Of a DNA stretch of 64,000 nucleotides, positions 56,172 through 64,000 are shown piece after piece. Under the pieces are notes generated by a model, which ran no database searches, was not told where the DNA came from, and saw only the letters and a program-made list of their open reading frames with translations. The position numbers and the translations under genes were made by a program. Within the stretch, counting starts at the first letter, position 1. Each line of letters starts with the position of its first letter. Source of the DNA: Flavobacteriales bacterium (GTDB lineage: Bacteria; Bacteroidota; Bacteroidia; NS11-12g; UBA955); contig NSIM01000001.1 of the NCBI GenBank assembly GCA_002737705.1, forward strand, positions 66,472-130,471, given 5' to 3'.

Positions 56172-58157
56172 ATGAATTATATATCGGCTGAGGGGCTCAG
56201 TAAAAGTTGGAATGAAAAGGTGTTGTTTAGCAACATCACATTTGGGTTGAGCAAGGGCGATAAAGTTGCACTTATTGCTGGCAATGGTGCAGGAAAGAGT
56301 AGTTTGATGAATATCTTATCAGGAATCGACAAACCTGATTCAGGTTCTTTTAGTATTCGCAAGGAAATTCGTTGGGAATATTTGCAACAAGACCCACAAC
56401 TCAGAGAAGAACTGTCGGTATTAGACAATTTGTTTATCGGGCAAAACCCTTCCATTTTGGCCTTCAAAGAGTATGAGTCTGCGTTATTGGCCTATTCTTA
56501 TGAAGCCACTTCGGAGAATGAAAAACGTTTGGATACAGCAACAACCGAGATGACCCTTACAGAGAGTTGGGACTATGAGGCCAGGGCCAAACAGGTTTTG
56601 GGAAAATTGAGTATTTACGATGCTGATTTGATTAAGCCGGTGGGATTGTTGAGTGGGGGACAAAAAAAACGGGTAGCCTTGGCAAGGGTTCTGATTGATG
56701 TACCGGATTTGTTGATTTTGGATGAGCCTACCAACCATTTGGATTTGGATATGATCGAGTGGTTGGAGGAGTACTTGAGTGATAAAAATCTTACACTATT
56801 GCTTGTTACCCACGACCGATATTTTTTGGATCGTGTGTGCAACCGTATTTTAGAATTGGATCGCGGACAATTATATGTGTACCATGGGAATTACGAGTAT
56901 TTCGTAGAAAAGAAGGCTTTGCGTGAGGAGGTAGAATCCAGTGAACGAGACAAAAATCGCAATACATTTCGCCGTGAATTAGAATGGGTAAGAAAAATGC
57001 CTAAGGCCAGAACTACCAAAAGCAAGTCTCGGGTTGAAGCATTCGATGAGTTGTCAGAAAAGGTGAAAGAACCCTATACCCAACAAGCAGTGCAATTCGG
57101 GGTTAAAATGGAACGATTGGGAACCAAGATTTTGGAAATCAACCACCTTGAAAAATCTTTTGGAGAACTGGAAATCTTAAAAGAATTTACATACACTTTC
57201 AAACGGGGAGAAAAAATAGGCATAGTCGGTCCAAATGGTGTAGGAAAAAGCACTTTGCTAAACATGATTATGGGCTTAGAAAAACCCGATCGCGGCAAAA
57301 TCACACCAGGTGAAACCCTAGTCTTTGGATATTTCTCGCAAAAGGGCATTCAAGTTGATGGAGATAAGAGGGTAGTCGATGTGGTAAAAGACATTGCAGA
57401 ATATCTTCCCTTGGCAGATGGAACCAAACTCACAGCATCACAATTTTTACTTCGTTTTGGCTTTAGCAATGAAACCCAATACAATGTTGTTTCTAGACTG
57501 AGTGGTGGCGAACGCCGAAGACTTTATTTGATGATGGTGTTGATTAAGAATCCAAACTTTTTGATTTTAGACGAGCCCACCAATGATTTGGATATACTTA
57601 CCTTGGCCACCTTGGAAGGCTTTTTGATGGATTATTCTGGCTGTGTACTCATAGTAACCCATGATCGGTATTTTATGGACAAGTTGGTAGACCATGTTTT
57701 TGTCTTTGAAGGACAAGGGAAGGTGCGTGATTATCCAGGAAATTATTCAGACTACCGTTCATGGAAAGACAACCAAGACATGCAAAACCAAGGCAAAAAA
57801 AAATTGGGAACTTCCGCCAAGTCTTACGATGATCCAACACACGCTGCCAATTCAAAATCAGGAACATTGCATGGTGGCGGAGTAAACAATATTCCTTCTA
57901 CAGAATCAAAAGGCACAAACGGGGGCAATAAAAATGTCGAAAAACGAAAGCTTACGTACAAGGAAAAATTTGAGTATGGAGAATTATCCAAAGCCATAGA
58001 AATCTTGGAAAAAAACAAAAAGACACTAGAACAAACGGTTTTGGGATTGACGTTTGAGTTCGAGGAAATTTCGAGAATAACGACCGAAATGGGTGCAATC
58101 AATCATCAATTAGACGAAATGGGAATCCGTTGGCTCGAATTGGGGGAACACATTTAA
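56172..58157 (+). CDS. ABC-F family ATPase (Uup/EttA-like), two ABC domains plus C-terminal coiled-coil/basic tail
   Basis: Two Walker A (GNGAGKSS; GPNGVGKST), two LSGG signatures, an inter-domain linker, a Lys/Gly-rich tail before a C-terminal helical domain. No transmembrane domain. Confidence 0.85.
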   Translation: MNYISAEGLSKSWNEKVLFSNITFGLSKGDKVALIAGNGAGKSSLMNILSGIDKPDSGSFSIRKEIRWEYLQQDPQLREELSVLDNLFIGQNPSILAFKEYESALLAYSYEATSENEKRLDTATTEMTLTESWDYEARAKQVLGKLSIYDADLIKPVGLLSGGQKKRVALARVLIDVPDLLILDEPTNHLDLDMIEWLEEYLSDKNLTLLLVTHDRYFLDRVCNRILELDRGQLYVYHGNYEYFVEKKALREEVESSERDKNRNTFRRELEWVRKMPKARTTKSKSRVEAFDELSEKVKEPYTQQAVQFGVKMERLGTKILEINHLEKSFGELEILKEFTYTFKRGEKIGIVGPNGVGKSTLLNMIMGLEKPDRGKITPGETLVFGYFSQKGIQVDGDKRVVDVVKDIAEYLPLADGTKLTASQFLLRFGFSNETQYNVVSRLSGGERRRLYLMMVLIKNPNFLILDEPTNDLDILTLATLEGFLMDYSGCVLIVTHDRYFMDKLVDHVFVFEGQGKVRDYPGNYSDYRSWKDNQDMQNQGKKKLGTSAKSYDDPTHAANSKSGTLHGGGVNNIPSTESKGTNGGNKNVEKRKLTYKEKFEYGELSKAIEILEKNKKTLEQTVLGLTFEFEEISRITTEMGAINHQLDEMGIRWLELGEHI

Positions 58158-58160
58158 GGT

Positions 58161-59336
58161 ATGGCAGAAGCGAGGCTTAGAAATATTGATGGGTTAAAGG
58201 GCGTGCTTTTGTTTTTGGTGATTATTGGCCATGTATTACAAGGCAAGGTCGATCAGCATTTTGGGCGCTATGTTATTTACAGTTTTCACATGCCACTTTT
58301 TATTGGAATTTCGGGCTATTTATTTTCTATTGAAAAAATGCGCGCCTTGGATTTGAAGGGGTTTTTGGAAAAATATTTTCTTCGCGTTTTGCTGCCTTGG
58401 ACTTTGGCTATGCTTGTTTTTGCATGGTATTTGGGAGGGTTCAATGCAAATCCTCGGGATTGGAGTATACTCAATGGCGGGAGGAATTTAACGCACCTTC
58501 AATCTTGGAGTCATTATATTTTGCAGCCCTATTATCATTTGTGGTTTGTACCCGCATATTTGTTTTGGTCGTTTGTAGTTTGGATATTCATTAAATTCGG
58601 ATTTGACAGGGTGAAATTGCTCATAACGGGTGTGGCAGTGGGACTAATATTTTTTTGGATTAAAAACGAATACAGAGATTTTTTTACCCCATATCTGGGT
58701 CCGGAACTGGGCGGTTCTGTTTTATGGACCCTTCGATTGTTTTATTTTCTTTTTTTTGTATTGGGAATATTTTTACGGGGATTGCCCCCGAGGGGTCATA
58801 ATCGTTCTGTCACCGATCGCTCTCATCCCAGTATTGCTGGTTCAAACCCCCAAAAACCACCCTCATTTACCCTGAATCCCTTGGGTTCACAGCTGAAAAA
58901 TCCTGTGTTTATTAAAGCGGAAAATCCTACCGAAAACAAGCTTGCAGGACCAAAAAACACAGTTTTTTGGTCCTGCGGAGTGGGGTTTTTATTGCTGTAT
59001 TGGAGTTTTTTTTGGACCATCTCCAATCCCCATGAATATGTAAATGCGAAAGATGGGATTATGATTATAGGCAATGTGCTATTCATGGTTTGGTTATTCG
59101 GCATGATGCGAATAGATGCGCTGCCTAAAGTTGCTTGGATTGAATGGTTGGGGGCCAATTCGTTGGGGATGTATTTATGGCATGTGCTTCCCTTGCTCAT
59201 GATTAAAGATTGGATGGGAACAAATCATCTCTATTCTTTTTATGGCTGTGTTTTCATGGCTGAACTGCTTTTGTTTGGGCTCTTTATCTTGATCAAACGA
59301 AATAGGGTTACATCCTTGGCATTTTTGGGTGTATAA
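58161..59336 (+). CDS. acyltransferase family 3 (OatA-like) membrane protein with a low-complexity loop insertion
   Basis: N-terminal DGLKGVLLFLVIIGH motif, ~10 TM helices. A ~65-aa Pro/Ser/Asn-rich non-TM segment is inserted mid-protein. Starts 4 bp after the ABC-F gene. Confidence 0.7.
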   Translation: MAEARLRNIDGLKGVLLFLVIIGHVLQGKVDQHFGRYVIYSFHMPLFIGISGYLFSIEKMRALDLKGFLEKYFLRVLLPWTLAMLVFAWYLGGFNANPRDWSILNGGRNLTHLQSWSHYILQPYYHLWFVPAYLFWSFVVWIFIKFGFDRVKLLITGVAVGLIFFWIKNEYRDFFTPYLGPELGGSVLWTLRLFYFLFFVLGIFLRGLPPRGHNRSVTDRSHPSIAGSNPQKPPSFTLNPLGSQLKNPVFIKAENPTENKLAGPKNTVFWSCGVGFLLLYWSFFWTISNPHEYVNAKDGIMIIGNVLFMVWLFGMMRIDALPKVAWIEWLGANSLGMYLWHVLPLLMIKDWMGTNHLYSFYGCVFMAELLLFGLFILIKRNRVTSLAFLGV

Positions 59337-59668
59337 TACCAATAAAAATTCTCCAATAAATACGCACCTCGGAGGCAGAATTCTTCAACGTAAAAGCGAA
59401 TCATCGCATGGGGTATTTTCGAATAAACAATTTTTAAAAAGCCGCGGCTGAATTACAATTAAGAGATGTAAAACGTGCCGTAAGTTCTCAACAAAATGGC
59501 TACACTACCCACCTGTTTTGTCAAAGAAAAAACGAATGGTTCGAACACCATTTTGATATTTCAATGTTGCCTTTACCCGATGTATTGCTTGTCGCAAAAC
59601 TGTTCAAGAATCAGATTTTTGATACCAGATTGGGAAAATACGCATGTTGACTATTTAGGGTTATTTTC

Positions 59669-60562
59669 GTGGCCATTATGAACCAACACGCGTATATTTT
59701 TCCCGGACAGGGAAGTCAGTTTGTGGGTATGGGTAAAGACCTATACGAAAACAATATCCAAGCCAAAGAAATGTTCGAACAGGCCAATAAAATATTGGGT
59801 TTTCGAATTACAGATCTCATGTTTTTTGGAACGGATGAAGATTTGCGTCAAACGCGTGTAACCCAGCCCGCTATTTTCTTACACAGTGTTATTCGGGCAG
59901 CCATTATGGGCAAGGGTTTTAGACCATCGATGGTGGCAGGACATAGTTTGGGAGAGTTTAGCGCCTTAGTATCTGCAGGAGCTTTACAGTTTGAAGATGG
60001 GTTAAGATTGGTAGAGCAACGTGCTTTGGCTATGCAACAGGCTTGTGAAATGCAAGCCGGAACCATGGCAGCGGTTTTGGCTTTAGAGGATTCTATCGTC
60101 GAATCTGTATGTGTTGAAACAGAGGGGATTGTGGTCCCTGCCAATTATAATTGTCCAGGGCAATTGGTTATTTCGGGTGCCTATGCGGCTGTTGAATTGG
60201 CTTGTGAAGGCATGAAAATTGCCGGTGCCAAACGCGCCCTGATTTTGCCCGTCGGAGGTGCTTTTCACAGTCCTTTGATGGAACCTGCCCGTGTAAGGCT
60301 TGCCAGAGCCATTGAAGCAACAGAATTCAAGGAACCCATGTGTCCTGTATACCAAAATGTGACCGCAAGTTCCGCAATCAATAAAGAAGAAATCAAGCAC
60401 AATTTGGTGACCCAATTAACCGCACCTGTTCGTTGGAACCAAAGTGTTTTGGCCATGGTATCTGATGGGGCAACAGTTTTTACAGAAATCGGCCCGGGAA
60501 AAGTGTTGCAGGGATTGTCGCGAAAAATCGCCCCTCAGGTTGAAGCTGAAAGCACTGCCTAA
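59669..60562 (+). CDS. fabD: malonyl CoA-acyl carrier protein transacylase
   Basis: FPGQGSQFVGMG, active-site GHSLGEFSAL, ~297 aa. Confidence 0.9.
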   Translation: MAIMNQHAYIFPGQGSQFVGMGKDLYENNIQAKEMFEQANKILGFRITDLMFFGTDEDLRQTRVTQPAIFLHSVIRAAIMGKGFRPSMVAGHSLGEFSALVSAGALQFEDGLRLVEQRALAMQQACEMQAGTMAAVLALEDSIVESVCVETEGIVVPANYNCPGQLVISGAYAAVELACEGMKIAGAKRALILPVGGAFHSPLMEPARVRLARAIEATEFKEPMCPVYQNVTASSAINKEEIKHNLVTQLTAPVRWNQSVLAMVSDGATVFTEIGPGKVLQGLSRKIAPQVEAESTA

Positions 60563-60759
60563 TCGTGTTGGTGGTATTCTGGTTGCTGGAGCAGACACCC
60601 ACTTTTCCGGCAGCGCAAATTTGGACAACGAACAGCAGGTTCCACTTGGGTCTTGATTTGTTACAATATGTAGCAAATTCGTCTAAACGGCACAAAAATG
60701 GGTTCATTGTATTGAATATGAACTGCTTGTTATGGGCGATTAAGAAATCTCCTGATTGC

Positions 60760-63700
60760 TTATTGGTCTCGGAGCAAATTAATAGAACCGGAGAATAATT
60801 TTGGAGCCTTATTATAGCGGCTTTTGATAATATCAAGTTGGTAAAAATAGGTGCCACTTGGCAATTCTGGACCGCTGTTGTTTACTTTCCCATTCCAACA
60901 TAGTTTTAGGTTTTCGGTATAAAAAACCCGTTCGCCCCAGCGATTAAATACCCGCAATTCTGCCTTGTCGCAGTCGGGTGAAAGCCCGAATACCCTAAAA
61001 CAATCATTTTTATTATCACCATTGGGTGTAAACACATTGGCAATTAAGATTTCATGGGTCGAATCGCTGTTAACCAAAACGGGAATTGAGAGTGTGTCAA
61101 GACAACCAGAGCGTGTATTTTTTAGCAAAATAAGGGGAGTATATTGTCCGGATTTGTATTGATAATTTTTTTGGATGAGGCCATTTCCCGCAGTAATTTG
61201 TGTTTGAGATCCGTCACCAAAATTCCAAAAAACAGAGTCGGTATTTGTTATGTCAAGGTGGAAATCAATTCCAGACCCACAGATTGTTTCACTGTAGGTT
61301 ATACTCCCTTTTGGCGTAACAAGTATTTGGATCGTTTGCTTGGAACTCGCCAATGGATTGCATGAATTTGAATCTTTTACTGTGAGTGAAATGCTATAGG
61401 TTCCGGAGTCTTTGTATAGATGACTTGGATTTATAGAATGGGAGGTGTCTCCATCGCCAAAATCCCAAAGGTACTGTGCTTTGTAAATGTTGGCCTGTTT
61501 GAAGAAAACGGGAGCATTGCGACAAAGTCTTTTCGGGTTGACAGTAAAAATAGCATCGATAGCATAACCCAATCGAAAATCCAATTTAAAACTGGCATTC
61601 GAACAACGAACACTCACATTATTTTTAAAGGCTACATTGGCAGGCGAAGTAGGAAAATCATTGAGGCCAGGGGGGGTGTTGGGGCAACTGGCACAGACGC
61701 TTTGGTATATTACCCCACGCTTGTCGAAGCGACTGGTTCCTCCATCTACATGGTCAGCGCTTTTGTTTCCTCCATAGTAGGAGGCATATTTAAGATTTTT
61801 GGCATCTTTTCCAAGTACAATGAGGTAAAAATCTTTGTTATCGGTTGTTTTTTGGTGTGCGTCTATTGTAATGGGTAAGCCAGATGTGCTGCCAGAGTTG
61901 CCCACCCCAATCACCGAGCCCCATCCGCTAAAGTAAATATTATAACAATTATCGACCATAAAGGCAGAAGGACTTAATTCGGGTTGGCCAGTGGTTCGGT
62001 TTCCAAATGTGGTTACAAATTCTTCTGTTTTGAGATCATTGCCAAACCTTCCAATAAATTGTGCACTGTTATTCTTGCCATAGGTTCCTGCACTCCGGTT
62101 GATGTTCCCTTCGGTTTGACCCGTAAAATATACTTTCTGTTGAATGTCTAAATCAATAAAGTAAACCTGATCATATTCTTCGCTACCCCAGTATGTCCCA
62201 ACTTCATAGTTTCCAGTATTTTGTCTCAAACGAAGCACATAGCCATCAATATTTCCTTTGCCTGTTTTTAAGAATCCATTGCCTACCATTGGAAAATTTC
62301 CACTTGAAGTACCCCCCCCCACAAATACATGGGCAGAATCATCAATTTTGATTGAATAGGCTGCATCATCTTTGGTTCCGCCAATGAGGGTAGACCAAAT
62401 CAAGCCTGAAAGATTTGGATTAATACACAAAATGGCCGCATCGGTAGCCCCATTGGGTTTGCTTTGAAAAGCACCTGGTGTTGTCGGAAAATCGTCAGAG
62501 CGTGTACAGGTTGCCAAATAAATATTGCCACGCGTATCTGTAGTTATATCACCGCGGTAATTGTCGGCATAGTTATAAATTAAATCAGTAGAGGGCGATT
62601 CAGTTTGAAATCCATCGGCATCCTGTCCACCGATCAATGTCCCGGCGAGCAACTGCGTTCCATTTGTGCTGAGTTTATTGATAAAAATATCATAATCTCC
62701 CTGGTGAATATCGCTAAAAGCCGAATCGGTTTGTACCGGGAAATTTGTAGAGAGGGTAGTTCCAAAGACCAATAAATTGTTGTCGGAGTCTACACACAGG
62801 CTGTGGGGGTATTCGTCATCATCCCCACCCATATAGGTTGCATACAGGAGTTTGCTTCCGTCTGCACTGTATTTGCTTATCGAAATATCACACGGAAGGG
62901 TAACCGGGGGAGATCCGATACCTCCTCCTCCGTAATTGGTTTGGAATGCCCCCGTTGTTACCGGGTATTTTTGGATGCTCGCGTCTACAATTCCTCCAGA
63001 ATACAAACACCCTGCAGTATCAAAGGTTGCAGTAAAACCAAAATTGTCGCCCTGAGAACCACTATAGGTACTGAACACCAAAATTGGATCTATCGTAAGC
63101 ACTTGGCCTGTGTCGTATTTGCCCACTGAAAGTCCTATGAGGTGGTCAGTTCTATGGGTGTATCTGCAGAGAATGGGTTTTATTTTTTTTGTGATGGCCA
63201 TTACTTGGCTTGCCACTGGTGCTTGAATAAGCCATTTTCCCACCGATGTTGTGGTGATAATTTGATTATTTTTAAGGTTAAATATTGAGCTAGAGTCAAT
63301 GCGCAAGGCAATGTCGTTGGGATGGGAACCGGGGTGTAAAATCCAATCAAACTCGAGGTGATCGCCTACAAAATAAATTGCAATATCGATACGGGGGTAT
63401 ACTTCACGCAAAATTATTTTTGCTGCGGGCTGCACATTATTTTTCCAATACGCGGGATTATTTCCGAGGAAATAGTTTTCGTAAAAGGGGGCCAAATTTT
63501 CGTAATCAATGCGTTTGGGTGTTTGGGAAAATGCAAATTCAATGTCACTCACATGGTAGCGAAGTACAAATAGAGAATCAGTGCTCCGATAATGAAAGGC
63601 CTTGTGCTTAATGGCTATATCGTCGGGATGACTACTTACAATGCGGATTCCATTTTTACGTATGTATACCGACCCGCCTGGAATATTGGCTTTGGCGATG

Positions 63701-63900
63701 CTCGTAATGTCATTACTCCACTGACCCTTGTTTGGGCTGAAGTATAATTGTTGGCTCGATGGGCTATCTTCTTTTTGCTGTGAATTATTTTTAGGGCGTT
63801 TTTTTTCTGTGAAAACACCATGATGGGCATTAGCCTTTGATGGCTTTGCATTTGCCAAGAACACAAAACAAAGAATATGAATGAATAACCAGATTCTCAA
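60760..63900 (-). CDS. 1046-aa secreted SBBP β-propeller-repeat / PKD protein with gliding-motility-type (CHU_C, T9SS type-B) C-terminal domain
   Basis: Signal peptide. Multiple SBBP-like repeats (YATYMGGDDDEY, LIGGQDADG, STLIGGTKDDAAYS, ASYYGGNKSADHVDGG). PKD block (WDFGDGDTSHSINPSHLYKDSGTYSISLTVKD). C-terminal FTPNGDNKNDCFRVFG motif of the CHU_C/type-B sorting domain. Confidence 0.7.
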   Translation of the reverse strand: MRIWLFIHILCFVFLANAKPSKANAHHGVFTEKKRPKNNSQQKEDSPSSQQLYFSPNKGQWSNDITSIAKANIPGGSVYIRKNGIRIVSSHPDDIAIKHKAFHYRSTDSLFVLRYHVSDIEFAFSQTPKRIDYENLAPFYENYFLGNNPAYWKNNVQPAAKIILREVYPRIDIAIYFVGDHLEFDWILHPGSHPNDIALRIDSSSIFNLKNNQIITTTSVGKWLIQAPVASQVMAITKKIKPILCRYTHRTDHLIGLSVGKYDTGQVLTIDPILVFSTYSGSQGDNFGFTATFDTAGCLYSGGIVDASIQKYPVTTGAFQTNYGGGGIGSPPVTLPCDISISKYSADGSKLLYATYMGGDDDEYPHSLCVDSDNNLLVFGTTLSTNFPVQTDSAFSDIHQGDYDIFINKLSTNGTQLLAGTLIGGQDADGFQTESPSTDLIYNYADNYRGDITTDTRGNIYLATCTRSDDFPTTPGAFQSKPNGATDAAILCINPNLSGLIWSTLIGGTKDDAAYSIKIDDSAHVFVGGGTSSGNFPMVGNGFLKTGKGNIDGYVLRLRQNTGNYEVGTYWGSEEYDQVYFIDLDIQQKVYFTGQTEGNINRSAGTYGKNNSAQFIGRFGNDLKTEEFVTTFGNRTTGQPELSPSAFMVDNCYNIYFSGWGSVIGVGNSGSTSGLPITIDAHQKTTDNKDFYLIVLGKDAKNLKYASYYGGNKSADHVDGGTSRFDKRGVIYQSVCASCPNTPPGLNDFPTSPANVAFKNNVSVRCSNASFKLDFRLGYAIDAIFTVNPKRLCRNAPVFFKQANIYKAQYLWDFGDGDTSHSINPSHLYKDSGTYSISLTVKDSNSCNPLASSKQTIQILVTPKGSITYSETICGSGIDFHLDITNTDSVFWNFGDGSQTQITAGNGLIQKNYQYKSGQYTPLILLKNTRSGCLDTLSIPVLVNSDSTHEILIANVFTPNGDNKNDCFRVFGLSPDCDKAELRVFNRWGERVFYTENLKLCWNGKVNNSGPELPSGTYFYQLDIIKSRYNKAPKLFSGSINLLRDQ

Positions 63901-64000
63901 TGCAGTAATACAATAACAAAGTTATTGAAAACAAAAGACCATTTTTCGTTGCCTTGATAAATGAAGACGGGTTTTTTGAAATTGGGTATCTAAGAAACGA

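Noticed and set aside
59535-59552. AATGGTTCGAACACCATT hairpin with TTCGAAC loop upstream of fabD, considered as a tRNA T-arm
   Set aside because: There is no acceptor, D or anticodon arms. It is just a small AT-rich hairpin.
1-64000. CRISPR arrays, transposases, integrases, phage genes, toxin-antitoxin pairs
   Set aside because: No regularly spaced repeat array and no ORF with transposase/integrase/recombinase motifs was seen. The window appears to be core chromosome.

Overview
This 64 kb window looks like a chromosomal, mostly core-genome segment of a Bacteroidota-type bacterium. The evidence is three large secreted proteins with T9SS C-terminal sorting domains (Por-type and CHU_C-type), a TAnnTTTG-like -7 promoter element, a KdsC/LptB LPS context, and AT-rich intergenic DNA. 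About 52 protein genes are dense on both strands, and most are housekeeping: rlmB, rlmN, der, folA, nadK, htpG, recX, ffh, pdxH, fabI, fabD, iscS/iscU/iscA, leuS, obg, nth, lplA, lptB, a DEAD-box helicase, an ABC-F protein, and two SurA-like PPIases next to MoxR. No CRISPR array, transposase, integrase, rRNA or canonical tRNA was seen. The clearest non-coding finding is a small-type SRP RNA (ffs/4.5S-like) at about 52524..52610 on the + strand, where the ORF track only shows a spurious 71-aa ORF; notably the SRP protein gene ffh lies in the same window. Other observations: (i) a DegT aminotransferase-Ugd-UXS module suggesting a UDP-4-amino-pentose (Ara4N-like) pathway; (ii) a DHFR with a ~65-aa low-complexity insertion; (iii) an HMA metal-binding domain fused to a MauE/DoxX-like membrane domain next to htpG; (iv) a 14-bp tandem direct repeat just upstream of recX with a third related copy 0.6 kb away; (v) a Wzz-like/O-antigen-ligase-like/OppC-permease cluster with overlapping reading frames; (vi) very large repeat-built T9SS cargo proteins, one carrying a C9/G9 homopolymer tract; (vii) a eukaryote-like ACMSD amidohydrolase whose 3' end overlaps recX convergently. 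I found no convincing self-contained novel defence or mobile system. All calls rest on motif recognition from the translated ORFs and on sequence patterns read by eye; no database search was run.
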